DNA from: Octopus vulgaris
Lineage: Eukaryota
NCBI GenBank assembly: GCA_951406725.2
Contig: OX597826.1
Span: 48,298,001-48,362,000 of the forward strand
Direction: 5' to 3'
Length of the DNA: 64,000 nt
The notes below the pieces were generated by a model. The model was given only the letters and a program-made list of their open reading frames with translations, was not told the DNA's origin and ran no database searches. Position 1 is the first letter of the stretch. Each line of letters begins with the position of its first letter. A program made the translations under genes and the position numbers. Below are positions 27,447-40,949 of the stretch, in pieces.

Positions 27447-27852
27447 AGGCGTGGCTGTGTGGTAACAAGTTTGCTTTCCATCCTTAATGGTGGCTGGGTT
27501 CAGTTCCACTGCATGACACAATGGGTAAGTGTCTTCTACAATAACCTCAGCTTCACCAAAGCCTTGTGAGTGGATTTGGTAGATGGAAACTGAAAGAAGC
27601 TAACCGCATCTGAGTGTGTGTGGGGAGGATGTCATTGTGTTCATGTTTGTCCCCCCAACACCATTTGACAACCAGCATTGGTGTGTTTACATCCTCTTAA
27701 CATAGCAGTTCAGCAAAAGAGACCAATAGAATAGTTAGTTACCAGGCTTAAAAAACATAAGTAAGTCGGGTCATTTCATTCAGCTAAAATTCTTCAACGT
27801 GGGGTCCCAGCATGGCCACAGTTTAATGAATTTAACAAACAACAAAAGATAA
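27447..27852 (+). mobile_element. SINE family A, diverged
   Basis: Head, body and tail recognisable. Confidence 0.8.
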
Positions 27853-29112
27853 ATAGTTATCAAAAGAAATAATTAGTTTTAATTAAAACATAGGTCAGCA
27901 ATGTTGGCAGAGAGAGTTAGTTGATTACATCATACCCCCAATATTTCACTGGTATTTGATTTTACAGGCCCTGAAAAGATGTAAGACAACAGCGACCTTG
28001 GTAGGATTTGAAATCAGAATGTAAAGAACCATGATAGATATTGCAAAGTAGTTTTTGGCAAACTAATTATTCCGCCAGCTCACTGTCTTATCTATAAAAT
28101 AATGGAATTGTGAATTCATTAAATTAACTATCAATCTGAAGGAATTTAGTAATATTTATTCCATTAAATTGTATCTGGAATTTGAAGAAATTATTGGTTT
28201 AGAATCAACAAAAATTATTCTTAGTGGAATTTTTCTTCATGACATGATTTTTGATGCTTATAATGAAGTCTTAAAGGGGTTTATAGCATCTTCTTCTAAA
28301 TGCTTCTGTGTTTATAAAACAAAATAAGTTGCCACAAAACTGAAAATCTTTAAAAGAAAAGATGCAAACGAAAGATTGATTAAAACGATTCAAAAATGCA
28401 GATGATAATTTCAGTGAATAGAGTTTACAGTAGGTAAAAATAAAAGAATCAGCACAAGAAAAATTGAAAGACATCGAAAAACGATGTATTCGCGGAGAAA
28501 AATGATTTAAATAATCATATTATCTCCATCTTTTAACTCATTTTCATCAAAATCTTGTTGAAATTATTCCTGATGTATATCACTGAAACAAATACTATAT
28601 GAAGAATATATAACCTCAAAGAGATTTCACTGTTTCAGATGTACGATTCTTTGCTAAGATAAGCATGAAAATGTAAAAGGCAGCTAAAAGAGATGAAAAA
28701 ACACAAAGAAGACTGGATACAGTTGTGTTTCGACATTCTTTGCTGGCAATTAAAAAAAAATTAATGTGGATTGTCATCCCATCCCAGATATTTCTAAGTG
28801 TTCGGCATCAATGATTTTCTACAATTAAATAAGATGACTTGCAGATAAGAATCAAGAAAGAGGTCTTTTATTGCTGGTTTTGTTTCTCATCTTATTTATA
28901 TTCATGTTTTCATATTTTGTATTTTGAAAATATTATAATATAACATATAAAGACGTTCATACATACATATATACATACATACATGCACACATAAATACAA
29001 GCTTAAATAGATGTATAACTATATACACACATGTTCCTGCAGGTTATCAATGTATATAACAAGATGTATACATACTGACATTCAAATATATAGATATATC
29101 AATATATATATT

Positions 29113-29181
<69 letters not shown>

Positions 29182-29426
29182 TATGTATATATATATATAT
29201 ATATATAAATATGCATATATATATATACATGCATACACATATAGAGAATGGTAGTGATAAATACATACATATGTGTATGTATGTATGTATATATATATAT
29301 GTATATATACACACACACACACATACACATCTGTGCACACGTATACATATGAATACATACCTGCCTACAGACATTTAGGCATGTATATGAAGATCTGAGT
29401 ATAGTGTGTGTGTGTAAGTGAGTGTA

Positions 29427-29466
<40 letters not shown>

Positions 29467-29910
29467 CATGCATAAACTGATATGCATATAAAATTATGTA
29501 TATACATATATATGTGTACGTATATATATACATGCAGATATAAAAATATATAAATGTATATATACACATGCATAAAGATAATAGATACATTTCATATATA
29601 TATATATAAGCACATCATATTTATGCAGTATGTATGTATACATTGCATGTATATATGTGTGTGTGTGTGTGTGTGTGTATCTGTGTGTATGTGTGTATAT
29701 ATACACACACACATACATATAAATATGTAGTTGCACATGCACACAAACAAACACACACATGCGCATACACACACACATGCACATACACATACACATGCAC
29801 ACACACACGCACAAACACATACACACGAAGGCAGCTAGATGGATAGATACAGTCATGTATAGTTAAATGCATGTATGCATGTATAGATAGACAAATGAAT
29901 GAAAATGAAC

Positions 29911-29941
<31 letters not shown>

Positions 29942-30710
29942 AAACAAAACTTGTGTGTTGAATGCTAAATGAGGAAGTGTATGATATCATTCTGCACATT
30001 TTAATCATTTTTCTATCAACGCAAAAACACAAAATTAACCAAAAATCAAAGACAAGAAAACAAGGAACTGAAGAGGACAGAGGTGGGTTTCCACATTCCA
30101 AACAGAGTGCAATTTTATTTGAAATATAAGAATATTCAATTTGTATAATGAGCGTTTAGAATTTGATTTTGAATGAGATAACAGTGTTTCTTACAAGCAG
30201 CGTATGTCTACGATATTTGAAAATTATACACACGCTTACACACACACACACACATATAAAACAACACACATATACATACAAACATATAAATAGATGTATA
30301 TAAATGTATGTCTGTATATGTATATATATGTGTATATATAAACACGCACTCATACACAAAACGTGTGTGCGTTAATTAGAAACATTAGAAATGTTAGAAT
30401 AAAAATACTTGTACTATCACACATGAATGTGTTCTGTGGTAGAGTAATAATTGAATCAAAGATTCTGAGTTCAAACCTCGTTAAGGTGGTTAGCGGTTCT
30501 AACTCTTCTGACTTTAAAATCAATTAAAACTATTTATATCTATATAGATTCTATGCCAATGAAGACTACAGCCAGTCATTTTACATGCATTATTTTGGGA
30601 TTTTGCATGTGTGTACACATCTGTGTATGTGCGTGTGTATGTGTATATGTGTATATATATTGCATATATATATTATATATACATATATTACATATATATA
30701 TTATACATAC

Positions 30711-30753
<43 letters not shown>

Positions 30754-31118
30754 CACATGTATTATATGCATATATATATTTATATCATCATCATCATCAT
30801 CATATATCATCGTTTAACGTCCGTTTTCCGCGCTAGCACGATTGAATCTCCTAAGAGTTAACATGGGATCCTTTGACAACTATGTAAACTTCATTTAATT
30901 AAGGTGTCTTCAGCCAATTAAGTAGCCAGTGTATTACCCTTTGTTTGAGTAATTACTACTTCCAAGGTCCTGCTAGCTATGAAACATATGTAACTCCAGT
31001 CCCTAAATTTGGATTTTTATTCAAATACACCCCAGATGCAACCTATGATGCTAACCATGAATTATAGAATAACGTTTTGCAACTTTTCAAATTTCAATAT
31101 TGGGAAAAATTTACAACC

Positions 31119-31513
31119 AGGAGTGGCTGTGTGGTAAGTAGCTTGCTAACCAACCACATGGTTCTGGGTTCAGTCCCACTGCGTGGCATCTTGGGCAAGT
31201 GTCTTCTGCTATAGCCCCGGGCCAACCAATGCCTTGTGAGTGGATTTAGTAGACGGAAACTGAAAGAAGCCTTTCGTATATATGTATGTGTGTGTATATG
31301 TTTGTGTGTCTGTGTTTGTCCCTCTAGCATTGCTTGACAACCGATGCTGGTGTGTTTACGTCCCCGTCACTTAGCGGTTCGGCAAAAGGGTCCGATAGAA
31401 TAAGTACTGGGCTTACAAAGAATAAGTCCCAGGGTCGATTTGCTTGACTAAAGGCGGTGCTCCAGCATGGCCGCAGTCAAATGACTGAAACAAGTAAAAG
31501 AGTAAAAGAGTAA
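31119..31513 (+). mobile_element. SINE family A, young CpG-rich copy
   Basis: Complete, (AGTAAAAG)n tail. Confidence 0.92.
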
Positions 31514-31589
31514 CCTTCTACGTCAATAAACCATTATTGTTCCTGAAAGTTATTTTTAATATTTTCTATAGACTGCTTGAAGCTTACTA

Positions 31590-31978
31590 ACTTGCTACTG
31601 CAGCCACGCTAGACCACCACCTTTCGTCATGCAAATCGACCCCAGGACTTATTCTTTCTAAGCTTAGTACTTATTCTATCAGTCTCTTTTGTTGAACCAC
31701 TAAGTTACGGGGATGTAAACACACCAGCATCAGTTATCAAGCGATGTTAGCAGGGACAAAAACAGACACACAAACATATACATGCACAAACATATATATA
31801 TATTTATACATATATGACAGGCTTCTTTCAGTTTCCATATACCAAATCCACTAACAAGGCTTTGGTGGGCCCGAGGCTATTATAGAAGACATTTGCCCAA
31901 GGTGTCACACAGTGGGACTGAACACAAGACCATGGGGTTAGTAAGCAAGCTACTTACCACACAGCCACTCCTGAGCCT
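31590..31978 (-). mobile_element. SINE family A
   Basis: Reversed copy ~80 bp from the previous one. Confidence 0.88.
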
Positions 31979-31979
31979 G

Positions 31980-32018
<39 letters not shown>

Positions 32019-32019
32019 C

Positions 32020-32437
32020 TCTTTTATATGTTATCTTTTAATTGTTTCAGCCATTTGATTGTGGCCATACTGGAGCACCCCACGTGAGGGATTTTTGTCG
32101 AACAAATCAATCCCAAGAGTTTATATATATATATATATATTTAGGCTGAGTACCTATCCTATCAGTCTCTTTTGACAAATCGCTAAGCTACGGGGATGTA
32201 AACACACCAACACTGGTTGTCTAGTGGTGGTGGGGACAAACACAAGCACAAAAATCCACACACATAAATATGTAATTATATATATACAACAGGCTTCTTT
32301 CAGTTTCCATCAATCAAATCTACTCAGAATGGTTTGGTCAGGCCAAAGCTATAGTCTAAAATGTCACACAGTGGGACTGAACCCAGGACCATGTGATTGG
32401 AGAGCAAGCTTCTTACGACACAACCATGCCTGCACCT
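32020..32437 (-). mobile_element. SINE family A
   Basis: Reversed, diverged. Confidence 0.8.
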
Positions 32438-32502
32438 ATATATGTAGATATGTATATGCATGTGTGCATATGTGCATACACACATGTTTCTAAATGTGTG
32501 TA

Positions 32503-32550
<48 letters not shown>

Positions 32551-33490
32551 TAGAAACCTACTTGCATGCACATACATGCTGATTTATGCATATATACACA
32601 CATGCACACACACATACAAATAAGTCTAAATATATATATTCATATATATATATATTTATGTAAGTGCATTATTTGCTCATATATACATGTACACACGCAT
32701 ACATATATGTTATCACATATATATAAACTTTGGTAAATAGATTAGAATTAACAGAATCTTTATAGTATAATACTCACCTTTTGCTTAACAGTCTGTTTTG
32801 TATGTATATATGTATGTATATATATATATAAATATACAAACTCTCATACACACATATATATATATAGATAGATAGGTAGATAGATAGATTTATGGATATA
32901 AATATATATATATATGTAATATATAAGTATAAATATATATAAGTATACATACATACACATATACTTACGTGTGTGTGTGTGTATATACATACAAATTTTT
33001 TTGGCTTCCATTTTTTTTACTTCTTTTTACTTCACGGTATCAGAAAATTGGAAAGAATTCAAAAGTTCCTGGAAATTGTGTGTTTGTCTGTTCTTGAAGC
33101 ATCTTTATGTCAATGCATACATATATACAGTCACACTTATTTGAGGAGACAAACTTATAGATTCATATACACATAGATGTGTGTAAAACAAACAGACCAC
33201 CTTAATTATCATACAGACATATACGCACACATTTGTGTACATTACTTAATAAATATAAACCTATACTAAAAACATGTATGTATAACAAGTAAATGACATT
33301 TTTGATATAATTTGTTTTATATATGTATATATGCATACTTCAGTAGATATATAAAATATACATAAATGCATGCTTAACAAACAACCTGCATATTTATGGT
33401 GCAGAGTTGTATGCACACATATACACATTCACACTCTAATGAAACAATGTTAATATATAAAAGGTTCATACATACATACATACATACATG

Positions 33491-33542
<52 letters not shown>

Positions 33543-33544
<2 letters not shown>

Positions 33545-33836
33545 GAGGCGCAATGGCCCAGTGGTTAGGGCAGCAGACTCGCGGTCGTAGGATCAAGGTT
33601 TCGATTCCCAGACCGGGCGTTGTGAGTGTTTATTGAGCGAAAACACCTAAAGCTCCACGAGGCTCCGGCAGGGGGTGGTGATTCCTGCTTTACTCTTTCA
33701 CCACTCTTTCTTCTGTTGGCCTGCTCGCTTAGCCAGCAGGATGGCGTCATTCGAAGGCTAAAACAATGCGAACGCATTGTGACCAGCGATGTGTAACAAC
33801 ATCTGACGGACTGGTTGATCACGTGATCACGTGATA
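33543..33836 (+). mobile_element. tRNA-derived SINE family B, different tail
   Basis: Same head as 37417; ends GATCACGTGATCACGTGAT. Confidence 0.85.
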
Positions 33837-34039
33837 TATATATATATATATATATCAATACATTTGTATGTATATACATATGCATATATATATATATATA
33901 TGTATGTATATATATCAATATGTATGTATATATATCAATACATTTGTATGTATATACATGTGCATATACATATATATATATATATATATATGTATGTATA
34001 TCCCCATATATATGTTTGTGTGTGTATGTGTGTGTGTAT

Positions 34040-34365
34040 GCATGTAGTCATGGCTGTTTAGTAAGTAGCATGCTTCTGGGTTCAGTCCCATTGCATGGTA
34101 CCTTAGGCAAGAGTTCTCTACCATAGTCTCAGACTGACCAAACCCTTGTGGGTCTTTGTCTTCCACCACCGCTTGACAAGCATGGTTGGTGCGTTTATGT
34201 CCGCATAACCTAGCAGTTTGGCAAGAGAGATTGATAGAATAAGAACCAGGCTTTAAAAAATAATTAAGTACTAGTGTCGATTCATTCTGACTAAAATTCT
34301 TCAAGGTACTGCCCCAGTATGGCCACAGTCTAATGACTGAAACAAATAAAAGATTAATGATAAAG
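34040..34365 (+). mobile_element. SINE family A, internal deletion
   Basis: Head and 3' half without the microsatellite. Confidence 0.78.
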
Positions 34366-34491
34366 GATATATATATATATATATATATATGCATACATAC
34401 ACATATATATATACATACATACATGCATACATACAAGATTGTAAGTATTGCTTTGCCTAAGCAAAATTGCATAACAATATCTATGGACCCA

Positions 34492-34876
34492 TAAGTAGAT
34501 TGCTTCCTTAACCACATGGGTCCAGGTTCAATCCCACTGCGTTGCACCTTGGCTGTCTTCTACTATAACCTCAGGCTGACCAAAGTCTTGCGAGTGGATT
34601 TAGTAGATGGAAGCTGAAAGACGGCCATCTTATATATGTATATATATGTATATATATATATATGTGTATATATATGTACGTTTGTGTCCCCCACCATCAC
34701 TTGAAAACTGATGCTGGTGTCTTTATGTCTCCGTAACTTAGCAGTTCGGCAACAAAAACCAATAGTATAAGTACTAGGCTTACAAAGAATAAGTCCTGGG
34801 GTCAATTTGTTCGACTATAGGCAGTGCTCCAGCATGGCCACAGTCAAATGACTGAAACAAATAAAGGAATAAAAGA
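34492..34876 (+). mobile_element. SINE family A
   Basis: Near full-length. Confidence 0.85.
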
Positions 34877-35355
34877 ATGTACATATATAATATGTGTGTG
34901 TCTGTGTGTCTGTGTGTGTGTATGTGTGTGTGTATGTGTGTGTGCATAATCATAATACATCAGTGTGATGAGAAAAGGGAGATGGGTGTATACAATTTTA
35001 TAGTTTTCTATCACATCCGGTTTTTTTCCATGTATCATCTCTCCCTCCCCCCTTTCTCTCTCTTTTGCTCATTATCCATATCTCTCTCACTCACATTATC
35101 CCACCTGTCCCTTCAACCATAATCACACATCGGTATATAAAAAGAGATACGATTAAAAAATCTCACTCGATATTCATTTTATATACGATATATATATTTA
35201 TTATTTCATACAGAAATTCTTTGAAAAATAATAGTGAGACACAGAAAATGGTGAGGGGAAAAAAGAACATAAATTAGACTTAAAAAATCACAGTAATAAT
35301 TAATAATAATAATAATGATAATAATAATGATAATAATAATAATAATAATAATAAT

Positions 35356-35430
<75 letters not shown>

Positions 35431-35976
35431 CTGTGTTTGCATGTGTATGTATGTACTTGTATTTGTCTGTTTCTTTGCAAATAGATGTGTGTATAAGACT
35501 TTTTTTTTGTCACTCCTTGCAATTTATTCTGTGCCAAATTATTTCCTTTGTTCTATTTTGGTAATTCCAAATGTTGTTTTGCAGTATCCCACAAACACAC
35601 AAACACACAAACACACACATGCATGCTCGCATGCACACACGCACACACACACATGCATTTATCCCTACATGATGTATAATACACACAAACGCATGTGCAC
35701 ACACATGCACATGCACACCCATGCACACACACACATACATGTAATGAAGATTTGTGGACAAGCAGTTTATGGTTTCAACTTGTGGTCATAACTGAAAGGT
35801 CATAAGTTTAATTCCAGGACCAAGTGGAGAATTATGTTTGTAAGCTAAGAATTTGTTTCATATTGTCCATTATGTTAAAAATAAGCACCAACAACACCTG
35901 AGATTTAGCAATGTGGAAGACTGGTGTCCTATCTTGTTGGGAGATACATTCTGTCAGTTATATATATATATATCTA

Positions 35977-36032
<56 letters not shown>

Positions 36033-36033
36033 A

Positions 36034-36064
<31 letters not shown>

Positions 36065-36130
36065 ATCGCGTGTGTACCATTGGCGATTTTTTTCCTCCGT
36101 CTTCCCTCCTCTGGATCTTTCCTTTTCCTA

Positions 36131-36166
36131 TGTTTCTGACGAAGAGCTCCGCTTGAAACGTAAAAT
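36131..36166 (+). ncRNA. Minimal hammerhead ribozyme-like motif in a ~210-bp element (36061-36270) flanked by (TA)n
   Basis: GTTT-CTGACGA-A-GAGC(TCC)GCTT-GAAA-CGTA^AAAT: core boxes, helix II, palindromic ACGT helix III, GUA cleavage triplet, short helix I. Confidence 0.7.
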
Positions 36167-36269
36167 CCTCCCTCTTCCCTTCCTTCCTGAGCATCCAATA
36201 ATACTATATTTGTTCCACATCCTCGCATTGTTGTGTTTTCTCTTTGTGTTTTCATGTTTGGATTAACTT

Positions 36270-36309
<40 letters not shown>

Positions 36310-36318
36310 TACATGTAT

Positions 36319-36950
36319 ACAGAGTGCGTAAGATATTTGAGGACAGATTTATGTTTATAAAAATTAAGATATATAAAATCAGATAATAACTTTATTTATC
36401 AAAAGATGCTATGAGGAAAAATATAAACCTTCTTTTCTATAATATTCAGCTTTCAACAACTGAATATTATCTTCAATATCCCTTAAATTACACATATTAC
36501 AGTCTTAGGATATGAGGTCTAAATAATCTACATGCTCGAATCAAGTGGACCTGATTCATTTTGGACATTACTCTGACTATGGCAGCTTTCAAAGAATCAT
36601 TGGTGTTATGGGCATGTTCATTGACTTCTCTCTCACCAACGCTCCTCATGTAATAGTCCAATGGATTGAAATCTGGAGAATTAGGGGTCCAAATGTTAGG
36701 GGCTATGTGATCATGAAAATTTTCAGCCATCCATTCCTGTGTTACTAGTGCAGAGTCTTACTGAAACACATATGGACTTCCTTGCATTCACAGTCTGTCC
36801 TTGGCTTAAAAATTATTTCCAAGAATTCAATGTAGGCAGCAGAGTTAACTCTAAGGCCTTGTAGAAAGAAGTAAGGAGGCTTCACATGTCCTTCATTGCT
36901 GTCAACCCCTAAAACCATGACAGTTGCAGGAAAGTTTTTCAGTGAGACCA
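36319..36950 (-). mobile_element. Tc1/mariner-superfamily (maT/DD37D-like) transposase relic
   Basis: VMVLGV.SNEGHV.PPYFF..GLRVNS..YI and WTPNSPDFNPLDYY motifs; TA-CAGAGTG terminus at ~36318. Confidence 0.82.
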
Positions 36951-37416
36951 CACCTGGGGTTAAATAGGTACAACTAACAGAGCCTCCATGAAGTAATTAA
37001 TGCCATCACCCATGAACAATTATTCATATAGATAGATACAACAAATACTTTTTTAGTTTTCCAAGTATACATTCAACAGTCTTAAAGCTGCTAGAAATAA
37101 TAGCTAAATTTCTTTGACACCACGTACTCAAGGGTGTTAAAAGTGGAAGGGCATATAAGATGAAATATTCCATGATATACAAATAGACACTCTACCAATC
37201 TTAAAGGAAGGACATATTGAACAATATAGCTCTACAAACATAAGATGCAATGACCTTATTTGGAATATAGTGTAACAAGGGCCTACTCTGTCAGATCTAA
37301 CTTGGGTTGTACAGCAACAACTAAAAGAATTTTTGTGTAGTAACCAATGAAGAAGCCTCTGTGTTATCATTCAGACAGCCAAATATCCCTTAAATTACAC
37401 ACATTACTGTCTTAAG

Positions 37417-37803
37417 GTGGAGGCGCAATGGCCCAGTGGTTAGGGCAGCGGACTCGCGGTCATAGGATCGCGGTTTCGATTCCCAGACTGGGCGTTGTGA
37501 GTGTTTATTGTGCGAAAACACCTAAAGCTCCACAAGGCTCCAGCAGGGGATTGTGGTGATCCCTGCTGTACTCTTTCACCACAACTTTCTCTCACTCTTA
37601 CTTCCTGTTTCTGTTGTACCTGTATTTCAAAGGGCCGGCCTTGTCACTCTCTGTGTCACGCTGAATATCCCCGAGAACTACGTTAAGGGTACACATGTCT
37701 GTGGAGTGCTCAGCCACTTACACGTTAATTTCACGAGCAGGCTGTTCCGTTGATTCGGATCAACCGGAACCCTCGTCGTCGTCGTAACTGACGGAGTGCT
37801 TCC
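37417..37803 (+). mobile_element. tRNA-derived SINE family B
   Basis: Head GGAGGCGCAATGGCCCAGTGGTTAGG...GGTTTCGATTCCC; 11-bp TSD ACTGTCTTAAG (37406-37416, 37804-37814). Confidence 0.9.
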
Positions 37804-37974
37804 ACTGTCTTAAGACAGGAGCAACACTTTTTTTTATCACAAACATGACTGATCAGGATTTACTTGGGGTTAAACAACAAGACTTACGTGAGTTGATATG
37901 TAGTAGTTCTGCTTGCTTAATATCCATGCCAAACCTCCATCTAATGACCCACTCATCATTCATGTAGACTTGCA

Positions 37975-38240
37975 CATGTTCAGTCCATTGCTGGACAAAG
38001 GCCTCAGCATGATCTCTCCACCAACCACAGTCTAATGTTTCCCTCATCCATGTTTGGATACTGAAGAATTTAGCAAAGTCTTCATTCCAACTAATGACCC
38101 ACAATTGCCCTTGAAATGGAAAGCTGCTCCATTAGAGAATATAGTCCCTGATATGTTGATGTGCAAAGAGGAATTGAAGGTGTTCTTTGTAAGTTTATTT
38201 GAGCTAGAAATAATGAGCCAAATATGCTCCAAAAATCACA
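37975..38240 (-). mobile_element. Decayed RTE-type LINE 3' end, different family
   Basis: Translation W.EDFAKFF..TWMR..D..WWR...EAFVQQWT resembles the RTE C-terminal EAFVQQW motif. Confidence 0.6.
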
Positions 38241-38481
38241 CATCCTAATATCTTTAAAAATGATGACCATATGCTAAAACCAATATTGGTTTCAAATTTT
38301 GGCACAAGCCCAGCAATTTTTGGAGGAGCGGGTAAGTCAATTACATCAACCCCAGTGTTCTACCGGTACTTATTTTATCGACCTCAAAAGGATGAAAGGC
38401 AAAATCAACCCCAGCAGAACTTGAACTTGGAACATAAAAATGAACGAAATGCCTCTAAGCACGTATATATATATGTATGTA

Positions 38482-38535
<54 letters not shown>

Positions 38536-38586
38536 CATATATATACATAAATAAATATATATATATACATAAATATTTATATATAT

Positions 38587-38653
<67 letters not shown>

Positions 38654-39059
38654 CATATACATGTATATATTATATGCATTTATTTGTACATTTCCACAGT
38701 TATTAAGTCATGAACGGCTGTGTTGAGCACCCTTTTTGCTTAGTCCTGTTTAGTTTGCACACACAACTAGCCAAACATTATACATACATACATACATACA
38801 TACATTCATGTGTATGTGTGCATGTGTATGAGTGCCTGTGTGTGTCTGTCTGCACATGCTTAAAAATTGACAATCGCAAAAAAAAACATGAGAATTGTAT
38901 TTTTGTCATTTAATTGCAACTCTAGCCAAGCTTATTTTCTTCTCCTTAAATCCTTGCTGTTCTTTGGCATTCTATACAGAATATTTTTTTTTACATCTAT
39001 TTATTGTTTATGTGTTATTATTTTTTTGAGATTTTAATAATCATTTGCTATATACATAC

Positions 39060-39109
<50 letters not shown>

Positions 39110-39551
39110 GTATGATATATAGAAACAGGTGCATATACATGCCATATGCACTAACACAAAGAAGTGTGGATACATGTATCCATTCAAGTATCTGGCGTGG
39201 GTGCGTGTTGCATCTACAGGCACATATAATGAAGGTGATGCTTTTCTGATGGATTTTATTTTCAATTTGTTGGCACCGTACCAAAGTTAGGGAGAGTAAA
39301 GAAACTTTGTTACTAAACTTAGGCTGAATATTGACTCACGCAGATCTAAAAAAAAAACAAACAAAAAGAATTGATTTTTGTTTTTGTTAGTTATTAGTCT
39401 TCAGTCTTCAGATATACATATGGAAACCCATCTTACATGTGTGCGTGCATATGTGTGTGTGTGTGTGTGTGTGTGTCCGTGTCTGTGTCTGTCTGGATGT
39501 GTGGGTGTATGCATGTGTATGTGCCTTTGTGTCTTCGGTTGTTCACCTCAC

Positions 39552-39787
39552 TCAAAGGCGGCGAGCTGGCAGAAATGTTAGCACGCCAGGCGAAATGCTT
39601 AGTGGTATTTCGCCTGCCACTATGTTCTGAGTTCAAATTCCGCCGAGGTCGACTTTGCCTTTCATCCTTTCGGGGTCAATTAAATAAGTACCAGTTATGC
39701 ACTGGGGTCGATATAATCGACTTAATCCGTTTGTCTGTCCCTGTTTGTCCCCTCTGTGTTTAGCCCCTTGTGGGTAGTAAAGAAATA
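39552..39787 (+). mobile_element. SINE family C, young copy
   Basis: GGCGGCGAGCTGGCAGAA...GAGTTCAAATTCC...GCCTTTCATCCTTTCGGGGTC; exact 15-bp TSD GGTTGTTCACCTCAC (39537-39551, 39788-39802). Confidence 0.9.
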
Positions 39788-40376
39788 GGTTGTTCACCTC
39801 ACCCCTTGACAGCCAGTGTTGGTTTGTTTACAACACTGCAATTAGCAGTTAGGCAAAAGAAGCTGATAGAATAAGCGTCAGGTTTGAGAAAAAAACAAAA
39901 GGGACATGGGCCAGTTTGTTCAACTAAACCGTTCAAAGGGTTGACCCAGCATGGCTGTTGTTCAGTCATTGAAACAAGTTAAAAGATAAAATCTAAAGAT
40001 TAAAAATATTTGTGCGGCTGCTTTACATATGTATGTGTGTGTGTGTGTCTCACTCTATATAAGTGTATATATATATATATATATATATATATTTGATTGC
40101 ATGCATACACACACACACATACACACATGTATATACATGTGTCTGTATGTTCGTATACATATATATATATGTGTGTGTGCCTATCTGTGTGTGTGTATAT
40201 ATATATGTATATATATATATATATATGTATATATATTATCAATAATAATAAACGCTAAAATTAATTAATTGATAATTAACAATTCTATCAAGTAGTTTTT
40301 GCATGTTAAAAGGACCATTATCGGTAAACTTAAACAATAATTTTTATAGTTATTATATATATATACACATACACAA

Positions 40377-40409
<33 letters not shown>

Positions 40410-40564
40410 AATATATATATATATGTATGTACAAAAATTCTACAATTATAAACATAATTATAATTAGGGTTCGGCAAAAATTGCTTCACCACATACCGAA
40501 ATTTAGAAATACCAGCTAAATACTATTCTACTACCATAAGATATTTATCTATATATATATATGT

Positions 40565-40883
40565 TGGGCCTCATGGAAGCAATGACCGAGACCTTTGGCA
40601 TTATGTCATGCTTTGAGAAGACAACCCATCAAGCCAAGCAAAATCACAATTGTGGCAGATACTGGTTTGATGCAAATGGTACCCATGGCAGTGGTATGTA
40701 AAAGCACCCATTACACTGACAGAGTGGTTGGCGTTAGGAAGGACATCCAACCATAGAAAACCTTGCCAAATCAAACTGGAGTCTGGTGCAGCCTTCCAGC
40801 TTACCAGTCCTGGTCAAACCGTCCAACCCATGCCAGCATAGATTCAGACGTTAAATGATGATGATGATGATGATGATGATGAT
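40565..40883 (+). mobile_element. RTE 3'-end fragment
   Basis: GACCGAGACCTTTGG...GAGTGGTTGGCGTTAGGAAGG...AAATGATGATGAT. Confidence 0.8.
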
Positions 40884-40886
40884 ATG

Positions 40887-40949
<63 letters not shown>

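Noticed and set aside
28270-28900. Unique-looking stretch as a candidate exon
   Set aside because: Frequent stops; no recognisable protein motif or convincing donor/acceptor pair
32771-32795. Minus-strand 15-nt micro-exon with a GTGAGT donor
   Set aside because: Acceptor has no pyrimidine tract or branch point
33543-33620. tRNA genes at SINE heads (also 25093, 37417, 6817)
   Set aside because: A/B boxes present but no proper acceptor stem; they continue into SINE bodies, some with TSDs
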